Assembly: GCA_050260375.1 (NCBI GenBank)
Contig: JBLNCA010000045.1
Location: 12,423 to 76,422, forward strand
Source of the DNA: Burkholderiales bacterium
Lineage (GTDB): Bacteria; Bacillota; Clostridia; Christensenellales; SZUA-584
Reading direction: 5' to 3'
Length of the DNA: 64,000 bases
Shown here: positions 20,566 to 29,872 of the stretch, in pieces
Position numbering within the stretch: the first letter of the stretch is position 1
Layout: the number at the start of each line of letters is the position of its first letter
Position numbers and translations under genes: made by a program
Notes under the pieces: model-generated
What the model was told of the DNA's origin: nothing
What the model saw: only the letters and a program-made list of their open reading frames with translations
The model's database searches: none

Positions 20566-20787
20566 TCAATGCTGCTTATTTCTTATCCTAAATGAAAGAA
20601 CGAGGTTTATTATCGCTATTGCCGGGGCGAAAATGAATACGAGCCGGTATCGTGCCGCCTGCTGTATGCAATTCACTAATATTAAAATATAAACGGGTAA
20701 TAATAAACATTTATTCTGCGGCTTTTGAAATAACGATAATTTTCTAGCGTGCGGGGGAGAATATTAAAAGAAAGGTGGTGAGTTATA

Positions 20788-20946
20788 TTGGATTCCCCAA
20801 GAATGAAAGTGAAATGCAGCGTTGAAAACTGCCGCTACAACAAAGACCGCATGTGCTACGCCCACGGATTGGAAGTAAGCGCAATGGGCGACGGACATGC
20901 CGATACGAGCGAAGGCACATGCTGCGACACGTTTATAAACAAATGA
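20788..20946 (+). CDS. DUF1540 small Cys-rich protein (not in ORF track, 52 aa)
   Basis: Hand translation MDSPRMKVKCSVENCRYNKDRMCYAHGLEVSAMGDGHADTSEGTCCDTFINK; RBS AGGTGG; start TTG 20788 or ATG 20803. Confidence 0.75.
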   Translation: MDSPRMKVKCSVENCRYNKDRMCYAHGLEVSAMGDGHADTSEGTCCDTFINK

Positions 20947-21142
20947 GAGCGGCTTAAAAAAGCGGCTTTAGCCTGCTTTTTATGCGTTTGTTACCTTAAG
21001 ATGTTTGTCATCAAGCGGGCGGCTTAAAAGCCGCTTTTCTATTATCTTGGAGTTATGCGAAACAATAACTGCCAAATATTCGTGGACTGCTGACGGCGCC
21101 GTGTTATAATGTATACAAATAATAACAAACGGAGGGGAATGT

Positions 21143-21814
21143 ATGAAAAAAGCGCTGACAGTTCTCATAATAACTGTTGTCTGCATCGTATCGGCCTCCT
21201 GCATAAAAATCACGATAGAGCAGCTGCCTGCCGTCTCATACGAGCCGGAGGAGAGCAAGCCCGCCATGGAAAGCGCAGAAGCAAAGGACAGCTCGCAGTT
21301 CCAAAGCGCGCAGCCGTCGCCCGCAGAAACCCAAAGCGCGCCGCCCGGCTTCACAGGCGAAGCGATCGTATACATAGACCCTGAAATAGACATGTTTATA
21401 ATGGTACCCGACGCAGCGTGGAAATACACAAAGGAGCTGTATGAAGGCGAAGTGTATTTTTACCCCGGGAATGAAGACCCTACCGTTTCGCCGAACGGTT
21501 TTGCTATATCCTCGCAGCAAAAGTGGGAAGGAGGAATCAAAGCCGTCTGGGAATCGTGGGAACCGAGCCTGCGTCAGCAGATAGACGGTTTTAAGTGGAA
21601 TGAGGAAGACGACATAACCGTGGGCAACTATACGGGTTGCCGTTACCATTTTACCTCGACGGCAATGGACGGGGACTTTATACTCTGGGAAACCGACGAT
21701 TTGCTGTATATTTGCTCGTTCTCCGCCGATAAGCAAGCCTACAACGCAAATTACGCGCTGCTTGCCGATGCGCTTGGCTCGTTCAAAACGTTCTACGAGG
21801 CGGGTGAGCAGTAA
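21143..21814 (+). CDS. Lipoprotein of unknown function
   Basis: Signal peptide with lipobox IVSAS-C; no family recognised. Confidence 0.7.
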   Translation: MKKALTVLIITVVCIVSASCIKITIEQLPAVSYEPEESKPAMESAEAKDSSQFQSAQPSPAETQSAPPGFTGEAIVYIDPEIDMFIMVPDAAWKYTKELYEGEVYFYPGNEDPTVSPNGFAISSQQKWEGGIKAVWESWEPSLRQQIDGFKWNEEDDITVGNYTGCRYHFTSTAMDGDFILWETDDLLYICSFSADKQAYNANYALLADALGSFKTFYEAGEQ

Positions 21815-21821
21815 GGGCGGG

Positions 21822-21983
21822 CTATTCTTTCCTGTCCTTGCATTTTCCCGCCATCGGGCAGCCTTCGCAGCCGCCGCACGAATTGCACGAGGCGCCTTTT
21901 TTACTGCGCCTGCGCATATATACGATTATCGAAACCACGGCGGCGAGTATGGCCGCCAGCAGTACAAAATCAACAAGATTCAT
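21822..21983 (-). CDS. FeoB-associated Cys-rich membrane peptide
   Basis: MNLVDFVLLAAILAAVVSIIVYM TM then CNSCGGCEGC; 11 nt downstream of feoB. Confidence 0.75.
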   Translation of the reverse strand: MNLVDFVLLAAILAAVVSIIVYMRRRSKKGASCNSCGGCEGCPMAGKCKDRKE

Positions 21984-21994
21984 GTTTCCACCCG

Positions 21995-23992
21995 TTATAG
22001 TATGCCCAATAACCTGCCGCCCTGAAACACTATAAACGCTATTATCCACGCCACGCATGTCTGATAAAGCACCGCGAGAAGAGCGCCTTTTGCAGAACCA
22101 AGCTCCCTGCGGGTGGCCGCGAGCGCCGCGACGCACGGCATATAAAGCAGCGTAAACGATAAAAACGCGAACGCCGTAAGCGGCGTGAACAGCGTCTGCA
22201 GGCCGGACGCGCCGCCGGGAACGAGTACGGAAAGCGTGCTTACGACAGCTTCTTTCGCTGTAAAGCCGGTAAGCAGCGCCGTTGAGGCACGCCAGTCGCC
22301 GAAGCCGAGCGGAACAAACACCGGAGCTATAAGCGAACCTATCGAAGCGAGTATGCTTTTTGAGCTGTCGCTTACCATATCGAACGACCAGCTAAAGCTC
22401 TGAAGGAACCATATTACTATGGCCGCTACGAAAATCACGGTGAACGCGCGGCGTATGAACCCTTTTGCCTTGTCCCACATGTGCAGCAGCACGCTCTTGG
22501 GAGAAGGGAACCTGTACGCGGGCAGCTCCATCAGGAAAGGCACCGATTTACCCTTAAAAACCGTGTTCTTTAGCAGCAGCCCGGAGAGCACCGCAACTGC
22601 TATGCCCATCACGTAAAGCGATATCATCACCAGCGCCTGGCCTCTTTCAAAGAACGCGGCTGTGAACACAGCGTATATGGGCAGCTTTGCGCTGCACGAC
22701 ATAAACGGCGTAAGCACTATTGTCATCTTGCGGTCGCGCTCGCTCGGCAGAGTGCGCGTTGCCATTATCGCCGGTACGCTGCACCCGAAGCCAATCAGCA
22801 TGGGCACGAACGAACGGCCGGAGAGCCCTATCTTCCTGAGCAGGCGGTCCATTACGAACGCTACGCGCGCCATATACCCGGTGTCTTCGAGTATCGAAAG
22901 GAAGAAGAACAGCAGCACTATTACCGGCAGGAACGAAAGCACGCTGCCCACGCCGGCAAGCACGCCGTCCACTATAAGCGAATTCATCCACGCGCTGACG
23001 TCCAGCGATTTAAGCCCGCTGTCAACAAGCTCAATTACGGATTCTATGCCCGACTCAAACGCGTCGCTTAAAAGCGCTCCCAAGCTTCCGAACGTGAGCC
23101 AGAATATAGCGAACATTATTATAAGAAATATCGGTATCGCGAAAAACCTGTGCGTCAGCACCTTGTCGATACGCAGCGAGCGAAGCTGCTCTTTAGACTC
23201 CTTTGGCTTTGTTACCGTCTTGGAAACGAGCTTTTCTATGTAAGCGTAGCGCATATCTGCCATAGCGGCTTCCCTGTCGGTGCCAAGCGCTTTTTCCATC
23301 TCGTCCACAAAGTGCCCGAGTATGTCGATTTCCGATTCGGAGAGATTTAACCGCTTTGCCAAAAGATCGTCGCCCTCAATCAGCTTCGTTGCGGCGAAAC
23401 GCGCCGAAAACCCTTGCGCCTGCGCCTTTTGCTCCACAAGGTGCGAAACGGAGTGTATCGCCTTGTGCACTTCGCCGGTGCAGAAGTCAAGGCGCTCCGG
23501 CCGCTTTTTTGACGCCGCGGTCTCTATGGCGGTGCGTATAAGCTCGCCTATGCCTTCGTTCCTGCTCGCCGATATCGGCACAACGGGCACTCCCAATTCG
23601 GCTTCCATCTTTTCTACGTCAATGAAGCCTTCGTTCGCCCTTATCTCGTCCATCATGTTGAGCGCAATAACCATGGGTACGCGCAGTTCCAAAAGCTGCA
23701 GCGTAAGGTAAAGGTTGCGCTCGAGGTTCGTAGCGTCCACGATGTTTATAATCGCGTCCGGGTGCTCGCCCACGATGAAATCCCTTGATACGACTTCTTC
23801 GGGCGTGTAGGGGGAAAGCGAGTATATGCCGGGCAGGTCCACGACCGTTACGTCTTTGTGCTTTTTTACCGTGCCCTCTTTCTTTTCAACAGTTACGCCC
23901 GGGAAATTGCCCACGTGCTGGTTGCTGCCGGTCAGTTGGTTGAACAGCGTGGTTTTGCCGCTGTTCTGGTTTCCCGCAAGAGCGAATAACAT
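21995..23992 (-). CDS. feoB: Ferrous iron transporter FeoB
   Basis: N-terminal G-domain (GNQNSGKTT, DLPG) and polytopic gate domains. Confidence 0.95.
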   Translation of the reverse strand: MLFALAGNQNSGKTTLFNQLTGSNQHVGNFPGVTVEKKEGTVKKHKDVTVVDLPGIYSLSPYTPEEVVSRDFIVGEHPDAIINIVDATNLERNLYLTLQLLELRVPMVIALNMMDEIRANEGFIDVEKMEAELGVPVVPISASRNEGIGELIRTAIETAASKKRPERLDFCTGEVHKAIHSVSHLVEQKAQAQGFSARFAATKLIEGDDLLAKRLNLSESEIDILGHFVDEMEKALGTDREAAMADMRYAYIEKLVSKTVTKPKESKEQLRSLRIDKVLTHRFFAIPIFLIIMFAIFWLTFGSLGALLSDAFESGIESVIELVDSGLKSLDVSAWMNSLIVDGVLAGVGSVLSFLPVIVLLFFFLSILEDTGYMARVAFVMDRLLRKIGLSGRSFVPMLIGFGCSVPAIMATRTLPSERDRKMTIVLTPFMSCSAKLPIYAVFTAAFFERGQALVMISLYVMGIAVAVLSGLLLKNTVFKGKSVPFLMELPAYRFPSPKSVLLHMWDKAKGFIRRAFTVIFVAAIVIWFLQSFSWSFDMVSDSSKSILASIGSLIAPVFVPLGFGDWRASTALLTGFTAKEAVVSTLSVLVPGGASGLQTLFTPLTAFAFLSFTLLYMPCVAALAATRRELGSAKGALLAVLYQTCVAWIIAFIVFQGGRLLGIL

Positions 23993-23995
23993 GGG

Positions 23996-24298
23996 CTACC
24001 TCCTGCCTCTCATAAACCGGCGCTTAAAAACGCTGTGCATTGCAGGCCCGTGATGACGATGATGCCCGGCTATAGGCTGCTTTATCACCTCTATTTTTGA
24101 CGCGTCTTCTTTGCGCAAAGTGAGCTCGTAGCCGCGTACGTGTATTTCAATCGGATCACCGAGCGGCGCTACTTTACGCACATATATTGGGGTGCCGGGC
24201 GTAAGCCCCATGTCCAAAAGCCGGCGGCGCAGCGCGCCCGTGCCTTCGACCTGGATTATTTTGCCGTATTCACCCGTATTAAGTTCGCCCAGTGTCAT
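23996..24298 (-). CDS. feoA: FeoA with His/Arg-rich C-terminal extension
   Basis: SH3-like FeoA core (RRRLLDMGLTPGTPI...G); tail HHRHHGP...RRFMRGRR. Confidence 0.85.
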   Translation of the reverse strand: MTLGELNTGEYGKIIQVEGTGALRRRLLDMGLTPGTPIYVRKVAPLGDPIEIHVRGYELTLRKEDASKIEVIKQPIAGHHRHHGPAMHSVFKRRFMRGRR

Positions 24299-24317
24299 GT
24301 TACGTCTCCTCGATAAT

Positions 24318-24337
24318 TTGTTAGCCTAAGGTAACAA
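24318..24337. promoter_or_regulatory. DtxR/IdeR-type iron box TTGTTAGCCTAAGGTAACAA in feoA promoter
   Basis: Resembles TTAGGTTAGCCTAACCTAA consensus; palindromic arms TTGTTA/TAACAA; 20 nt upstream of feoA ATG. Confidence 0.6.
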
Positions 24338-24463
24338 TTATGCTAAAAAAATTTGTGTTTTCCACGGTTAACATTTTAGTCAGGGTTACTTTATTTGTCA
24401 ACAGTTTTATGATAATATTATACTACAATGTTCATCCGCCAATCAGGATAGATGGAGGAAATC

Positions 24464-24856
24464 ATGAAAGACGATTATATAACGCCTTCGAGCCAGGATT
24501 ACCTTGAGGCTATACTGCTTCTTTCAGAGAACGGAGGCGGAGTGCGTTCGATAGATGTGGCAAAATCGCAGAATGTGTCCCGCGCAAGCGTAAACAAGGC
24601 GCTGGGCGTGCTGAAAGAAAAAGGGCTGATTGAGCAGCAAAAATACGGTACCGTTACGCTTACCGAAGAAGGCTATAAAGTCGCCAACGCCGTAATGCAG
24701 CGTCATATTGCGCTGAGAGGCTTTTTAAAGACCGTTTTGGGCGTGGGCGACGAGACGGCCGAGCTGGACGCCTGCCGTATGGAACACGCGATAAGCCGCG
24801 AGACGCTCGACAGGCTTGAGGAGTTCATGCGTGTAAAAATACGCTGGCAGCCGTAA
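24464..24856 (+). CDS. DtxR/MntR-family metal-dependent regulator
   Basis: SQDYLEAILLL...VRSIDVAKSQNVSRASVNKAL HTH plus dimerisation domain; ATG 24464 after GGAGG. Confidence 0.85.
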   Translation: MKDDYITPSSQDYLEAILLLSENGGGVRSIDVAKSQNVSRASVNKALGVLKEKGLIEQQKYGTVTLTEEGYKVANAVMQRHIALRGFLKTVLGVGDETAELDACRMEHAISRETLDRLEEFMRVKIRWQP

Positions 24857-24941
24857 TCTGCAAAGGCCTTAAAAAGCTTTTTAAGATTGCTCGTTTGCAT
24901 TTACGCGTTAGTAAACATATCGCAGACCGTATGAATATAAT

Positions 24942-24978
24942 GACTTCGAAGCGACTTTCCGCCTCGAAGTCTTTTTTT
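24942..24978 (+). terminator. Rho-independent terminator
   Basis: GACTTCGA...TCGAAGTC 8-bp stem followed by T7. Confidence 0.7.
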
Positions 24979-25035
24979 AGCCCTGCAACGACTCTAAGGC
25001 ACACAGGGCGTTAATCAGGGGTTCGGGAGGCATTT

Positions 25036-26316
25036 ATGAGGACCTTAAGAATAGGCATGAGCGGCTCGGACGTGATGGAAATACAGGCCGTGCTGCGCAA
25101 GCTGGGCTACCGGGTGGCGGCAGACGGCATTTTTGGCCCGCAGACGCAGCGCGCCGTAATCGAGTTTCAAAGAAATCACGGGCTGTATCCCGACGGGGTG
25201 ATAGGCGCAGGTACGCATGCTGCAATGCTCAGATACCTTCTCGGGTACAACGCTTATACGGTAAGGCTGGGGGATACGTTCTATACGATAGCGCAAAAGT
25301 TCGGCACGAGCGTTGCGCTTATTGCAGCCGCGAATCCGGGCGCTGTTCCCGAAGCGCTTATGCCGGGGCAGACGATAACGGCTCCTTACGGATTTCCCGT
25401 AGTCGACACTAATATCAACTATACATACGATGTGCTGCAAAGGGATATACAGGGCCTTATGGCGCGGTACCCATTTGCCGAATACGGTACTATCGGGCAA
25501 AGCGCTTTGGGCAGGAACCTTTACTACATACGCCTTGGCAGCGGCGCCAACCAGGTGCTTTATACCGCCACCATACACGCTCTCGAATGGATAACAAGCC
25601 CGGTGCTGATGAAGTTTGCGGAAGACCTGCTTTCCGCGGTGGCAACAGGGGAGCGCCTTGGCGGCTACGACACAGGGTATGTGTGGACCACAAGCAGCAT
25701 ATACATAGTGCCTATGGTTAACCCCGACGGCATAGAGCTGGTGCTTAACGGTCTGCAGCCAAACAATCCCAATTACGCTTGGCTTATACGCTGGAACAAC
25801 GGCAGCGCCGATTTCTCCGCGGACTGGCAGGCAAACAACAACGGCGTGGATTTAAACCACAACTTCGACGCCGCGTGGGAACTTTCGAGACAAGCGGCAA
25901 TTGAACTCGGCATCACCGGACCCGGACCGACGAGGTATCCGGGGCCGTATCCGGAAAGCGAGCCCGAGAGCAGGGCGCTTGCTGACTTTACGCGCAGCCA
26001 TGATTTCAGGCTCGTGCTCGCATACCACAGCCAGGGGGAGGTAATATTCTGGGACTTCATGGGCCTAGAGCCGCCCGAAGCGCGTGCGATAGGGGAAGAG
26101 CTCGCCGCCGTGAGCGGCTATACTTTAGAGCAGCCTACCGGCATAACGTCGTACGCGGGCTTTAAGGACTGGTTCATACAGTACTTCCGCAGGCCGGGCT
26201 ATACCGTGGAAGTGGGACGCGGAAGAAACCCTCTGCCAATATCGCAGTTTGACCCAATATACCGCGCGAACCTTCCGCTGCTGCTGCGAGCCGCGTTAGT
26301 CACGGGGTCCCCATAA
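25036..26316 (+). CDS. PG-binding + LysM + M14 zinc carboxypeptidase (gamma-D-glutamyl-meso-DAP peptidase-like)
   Basis: PG_binding_1 (DGIFGPQTQRAVIEFQ), LysM (YTVRLGDTFYTIAQKF), M14 HxxE (HALEW) and VDLNHNF. Confidence 0.85.
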   Translation: MRTLRIGMSGSDVMEIQAVLRKLGYRVAADGIFGPQTQRAVIEFQRNHGLYPDGVIGAGTHAAMLRYLLGYNAYTVRLGDTFYTIAQKFGTSVALIAAANPGAVPEALMPGQTITAPYGFPVVDTNINYTYDVLQRDIQGLMARYPFAEYGTIGQSALGRNLYYIRLGSGANQVLYTATIHALEWITSPVLMKFAEDLLSAVATGERLGGYDTGYVWTTSSIYIVPMVNPDGIELVLNGLQPNNPNYAWLIRWNNGSADFSADWQANNNGVDLNHNFDAAWELSRQAAIELGITGPGPTRYPGPYPESEPESRALADFTRSHDFRLVLAYHSQGEVIFWDFMGLEPPEARAIGEELAAVSGYTLEQPTGITSYAGFKDWFIQYFRRPGYTVEVGRGRNPLPISQFDPIYRANLPLLLRAALVTGSP

Positions 26317-26378
26317 AGCCAAAGCTTTATGGGGTGAAACAACGGGGTCCCCGGCAAGCCGTGAGGCTTGATGAAGGG
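26304..26378. repeat. Two adjacent REP-like hairpins
   Basis: GGGGTCCCCATAAAGCCAAAGCTTTATGGGGTGAAAC + GGGGTCCCCGGCAAGCCGTGAGGCTTGATGAAGGG. Confidence 0.8.
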
Positions 26379-26384
26379 CTGTAT

Positions 26385-26624
26385 GTGATTGGCTATATAC
26401 GTAATAAAAACGATAAGCTGCGCACTTTCCGTACCACCCCGGACACGAAGTATTTCCTGCCCGGCGCCGGGGATATGAGCGTAAACTTGGAAGTCGGCTA
26501 TGACGAGTTCCGGGACAGAATGTTCCACGCGGTGGAAAACGGCGTGGACGAATATCTTAAGTTTGTCAGGGTCAAAGTACAGGGAGAAGCGATAATATCT
26601 ATAGAATGGCTTTATCTGCCGTGA
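26385..26624 (+). CDS. Hypothetical small protein
   Basis: GTG 26385 after GAAGGG; the ORF-track ATG (26334) lies inside the REP hairpin; no family recognised. Confidence 0.4.
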   Translation: MIGYIRNKNDKLRTFRTTPDTKYFLPGAGDMSVNLEVGYDEFRDRMFHAVENGVDEYLKFVRVKVQGEAIISIEWLYLP

Positions 26625-26782
26625 CCCTTTTGCGCGGCAAATTATAAGCACGGGGCGGTTAGCGCCCTTTTTACGGTTGTGATTTTGCGTTAACCTCAAC
26701 CGGGTATTTAATCGCGCTTTGCTGCGTTTGCGGTCATGCGGATATGGATATAGTAATACCAAAACGTCAAGGAGAAACGATT

Positions 26783-27142
26783 ATGAAAATATGCTGGTGC
26801 ACGGTGACGGTAAGCGACATGGACGAATCTATCAGGTTCTACGAGGATATAGTGGGATTAAAGCTTGAACGCAGGTTTCCGGCCGGCCCGGGCGTCGAGA
26901 TAGCGTTCATGGGCGGCGGAGAAACGAAGCTTGAGCTTATAAGCGGCGCAAAGCCGGTCATAGGCGAGGATATATCGCTCGGCTTCGAGGTGGATTCGCT
27001 CGCGGAAAAGATGGCGTATGTAGCGGAGAAGGGCGTTAAGATACACAGCGGGCCGTTCGAACCCAATCCTCATCTGCGGTTTTTCTTTGTTAAGGACCCA
27101 AACGGGCTTAAAATTCAATTTGTAGAGAACCGGCAAATATAA
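26783..27142 (+). CDS. VOC/glyoxalase-family protein
   Basis: VSDMDESIRFYEDIVGLK ... KDPNGLKIQF pattern; ATG 26783 after AAGGAG. Confidence 0.8.
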   Translation: MKICWCTVTVSDMDESIRFYEDIVGLKLERRFPAGPGVEIAFMGGGETKLELISGAKPVIGEDISLGFEVDSLAEKMAYVAEKGVKIHSGPFEPNPHLRFFFVKDPNGLKIQFVENRQI

Positions 27143-27293
27143 CGGAGCAGAGCTTTGTGCATAAGCGCGCTTTCTTTTAAGCCCGCATTTTCCGGTTTAC
27201 AATACTCGCGCCGGGTTGTATACTTAACGCAGCAAATCATACTTTTAAATGTATTTTTGTGGTGGAATATTGGGTTAAGGGGCAGCACCGTTT

Positions 27294-28427
27294 ATGGATA
27301 ATAACCGCTATTTTGACAGCAGCCCGAGCAGGGGGCGAAAGCCTGCAAGAAACTATGACTATCTCGACGAGCCGCCAAGGAGGCCGCGGCAGGGCGCGCC
27401 AAGAAGCGGGAGCCGTAACCGGACTCCCAAAAAGAAACGGTTGCCTATGCCGCTGCTTATCGTTCTGGACGTATTGCTGGCAGTGCTGATACTGCTGGTA
27501 TTCTATATAACCAATTATGTTATCGACTGGCAGGCGGAGCCTTCCGCGCTGCCGAAGCCTTCGCATCTCGCGTCTTCGGCGCCTCCCGCGGCTACGGACA
27601 ACGCCGCGCTCGCGTCGCCTGCGGCTTCCGCCGGGCAGGAGACGTCGCCCGAGGTTAGCGACCCGGGCGGCTGGCGCGCTAAATTTGCGGACAAGTTCAC
27701 TGACGGCGCTGTTGAGCAGAATGAGAATTCGTACAGAAGCGCGAATATAAACGTCTCGATAAACAGGGTGCAGGAGAACGAAATAACGTATTTCGTCGCG
27801 GACATATATGTGGCGGAGCTTAAATACTTTAAAACGGCGTTCCCGGGCAACTCCGAGAAGATGGGCGGGCGCGAGGCGACGGATAAGATAGCGAAGGACG
27901 TAAACGCGGTAATCGCGGTAAACGGCGACCACTGCGTGGACAACCCCGGCCCGGTGGTGCGCAACGGAAACGCATACAGGCTTAATGAGAAGGCGCAGGA
28001 CGCGCTCGTAATGAACTACGACGGCAGCATGCAGACGTACAGCTCAAGCGAGCTTGACCTTGAAAAGATAAAAGCCGAGGGCGCGTATCAGGTGTGGACG
28101 TTCGGGCCGATGCTTTTAAAGAATGGCCAGCCGATGACTGAGTTCGACTCGCCGCAGAACATCAACGGCAGAAACCCGAGGACGGCAATCGGCTATTACG
28201 AGCCGGGGCATTACTGCTTTGTCGTAGTGGACGGGCGGCAGCCTGGCTATTCGAAGGGCATGGAAATGGCGGAGCTTTCGCAGCTTATGTACGACTTAGG
28301 CTGCAAGGTTGCTTTTAACCTCGACGGCGGGCAGTCCTCCGAGATGGCGTTTATGGGCAATATAATCAACCAGCCATACAACGGCGGAAGAAGCACTACC
28401 GACATACTGTATGTCGCAGAGCAGTAA
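27294..28427 (+). CDS. Membrane-anchored phosphodiester glycosidase (NAGPA/DUF2233) family protein, paralogue 1
   Basis: Basic cytoplasmic N-term, 1 TM, A/P/S linker, then YFVADIYV...AVNGD...NPRTAIGYYEPGHYCFVVVDGRQ...FNLDGGQS. Confidence 0.85.
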   Translation: MDNNRYFDSSPSRGRKPARNYDYLDEPPRRPRQGAPRSGSRNRTPKKKRLPMPLLIVLDVLLAVLILLVFYITNYVIDWQAEPSALPKPSHLASSAPPAATDNAALASPAASAGQETSPEVSDPGGWRAKFADKFTDGAVEQNENSYRSANINVSINRVQENEITYFVADIYVAELKYFKTAFPGNSEKMGGREATDKIAKDVNAVIAVNGDHCVDNPGPVVRNGNAYRLNEKAQDALVMNYDGSMQTYSSSELDLEKIKAEGAYQVWTFGPMLLKNGQPMTEFDSPQNINGRNPRTAIGYYEPGHYCFVVVDGRQPGYSKGMEMAELSQLMYDLGCKVAFNLDGGQSSEMAFMGNIINQPYNGGRSTTDILYVAEQ

Positions 28428-28437
28428 GGAGGGCAGC

Positions 28438-28617
28438 ATGCTTAAACGACTGATACCGCACTTTTCTATATCGCTTTCGCTGGTGACGCTCACGTTCCTG
28501 GTGCTTGGGCAATTCAACCCGATAATGGGCAAATCGTTCGTGCAGGTTACAATACTCATACTGAGCCTTGCCGCGCTTATCACGTCCGCGTTTCTGATAC
28601 GCGAAAACAGAAGATAG
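28438..28617 (+). CDS. 59-aa two-TM membrane peptide
   Basis: ATG 28438 after AAGGAGGG, 8 nt after paralogue-1 stop. Confidence 0.55.
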   Translation: MLKRLIPHFSISLSLVTLTFLVLGQFNPIMGKSFVQVTILILSLAALITSAFLIRENRR

Positions 28618-28638
28618 TAAAGCCGGCATAAAAGCAGC

Positions 28639-29712
28639 ATGGACGAAAAAAACAGGAACGTAAAGACGCAGCGCGTGACGCTGTCAAAAATCACGATAGA
28701 CGATAAGTATATAAACGCAAAGCAACGCCGCGGCCTGCCCGCCTGGGCGATAGTAACGCTCTGCGCTGCCGCCCTGGCGCTGATAGCTTTGGGGGTATAT
28801 TTTCTTGCGTTCGCGGGCGGGGGGCAGACTGAGCCGGAAGCGTCAAAGAAGCCCGAAGTGACTGTTATGCCCGAGCCTTCGCCTACGCCAACTCCCACTC
28901 CTACGCCAACGCCTACGCCGGCGCCTCCAACGCCCAAGCCTACTCCTTCGACTATGTGGGGAGCGAAATTCCCCGGCAAGTTCACGGACGGGGAGGTAAT
29001 AAAGGACGATAACTCGTACAAGAGCGCCAATGTAAGCGTGGACATATCAAAGGTTCAAAAAGACGGGGTTACGTACTTCGTAGCGGACATATATATAACC
29101 GACTTAAAATACTTCCGCAGCGCGTTTTCAAGCGGCAAATACAAGGGCAAGCGGGAGTACGTGTATAAAATAGCGCAGGACGTAAACGCCGTAGTCGCAA
29201 TCAACGGCGACTATTATAAGGTAAACGCAGGGCCCGTGTTCAAGAACGGGGAAGAGTACCGGGACGGCGTGCTCGAAGATGTGCTCGTGATGTTCAATGA
29301 CGGCACGATGCAAACGTATACCAACGACGAATTCGACATGGACGAAATTAAAGCCAACGCGTGGCAGATGTGGACGTGGGGGCCGATGCTGCTTAAGGAC
29401 GGGCAGCCGATGACCGAGTTCAATATGCCGAACCCTATAGGCGGCTATAACCCGCGGACGGCGGTAGGGTATTACGAGCCGGGGCATTACTGCTTTGTAG
29501 TTGTGGACGGACGAAATAAAGGCTACTCGAAAGGCATGAACCTGCCCGAGCTGTCGCAGCTGATGTATGACCTGGGTTGCAGCGTAGCTTTCAACCTCGA
29601 CGGCGGCGCTTCCACGCAGATGGCGTTTATGGGCGAGGTGTATAACAAGCCCTCCGGCGACCGTATGGACTGCGATATACTGTATATCACCGATACGCCC
29701 GAACCGGAATAA
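28639..29712 (+). CDS. Membrane-anchored phosphodiester glycosidase family protein, paralogue 2
   Basis: Same architecture, (TP)n linker, NPRTAVGYYEPGHYCFVVVDGRN...FNLDGGAS. Confidence 0.85.
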   Translation: MDEKNRNVKTQRVTLSKITIDDKYINAKQRRGLPAWAIVTLCAAALALIALGVYFLAFAGGGQTEPEASKKPEVTVMPEPSPTPTPTPTPTPTPAPPTPKPTPSTMWGAKFPGKFTDGEVIKDDNSYKSANVSVDISKVQKDGVTYFVADIYITDLKYFRSAFSSGKYKGKREYVYKIAQDVNAVVAINGDYYKVNAGPVFKNGEEYRDGVLEDVLVMFNDGTMQTYTNDEFDMDEIKANAWQMWTWGPMLLKDGQPMTEFNMPNPIGGYNPRTAVGYYEPGHYCFVVVDGRNKGYSKGMNLPELSQLMYDLGCSVAFNLDGGASTQMAFMGEVYNKPSGDRMDCDILYITDTPEPE

Positions 29713-29872
29713 TAATATAAGCAGCTTTTTTATAGCGGTTTCAGGGCGCTTTTTTCATGTCAGAATGTTCCATACCGGCTGATTGACAACGCGCGCACGG
29801 TATATTAATATATTCAGGCGTACTGCAAACTCAGCTTCCGTATCAGCATTATCTTAATATCCATAATCAAGG

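Noticed and set aside
20566-20700. 37-codon minus-strand ORF (VNCIQQAARYRLVFIFAPAIAIINLVLSFRIRNKQH)
   Set aside because: It has a hydrophobic peptide-like product but no Shine-Dalgarno sequence and a GTG start. The evidence is insufficient.
24338-24451. Second DtxR box nearer the regulator gene (GGTTAACATTTTAGTCAGGGTTAC)
   Set aside because: There is only weak dyad symmetry and a poor match to the iron-box consensus.
28860-28940. Pro/Thr-coding repeats (also 30150-30215, 52190-52300) as DNA tandem repeats of interest
   Set aside because: They are imperfect at the DNA level and simply encode PT/SP linker regions of exported proteins. They are not independent repeat elements.
28296-29045. Long antisense ORFs (e.g. 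28296-29045, 55474-56247, 50818-51558, 25045-25578, 10906-11445, 34020-34433)
   Set aside because: They lie opposite well-supported conserved genes. They have Arg/Ala/Gly/His-rich or low-complexity products and no RBS, the typical shadow ORFs of GC-rich coding DNA.
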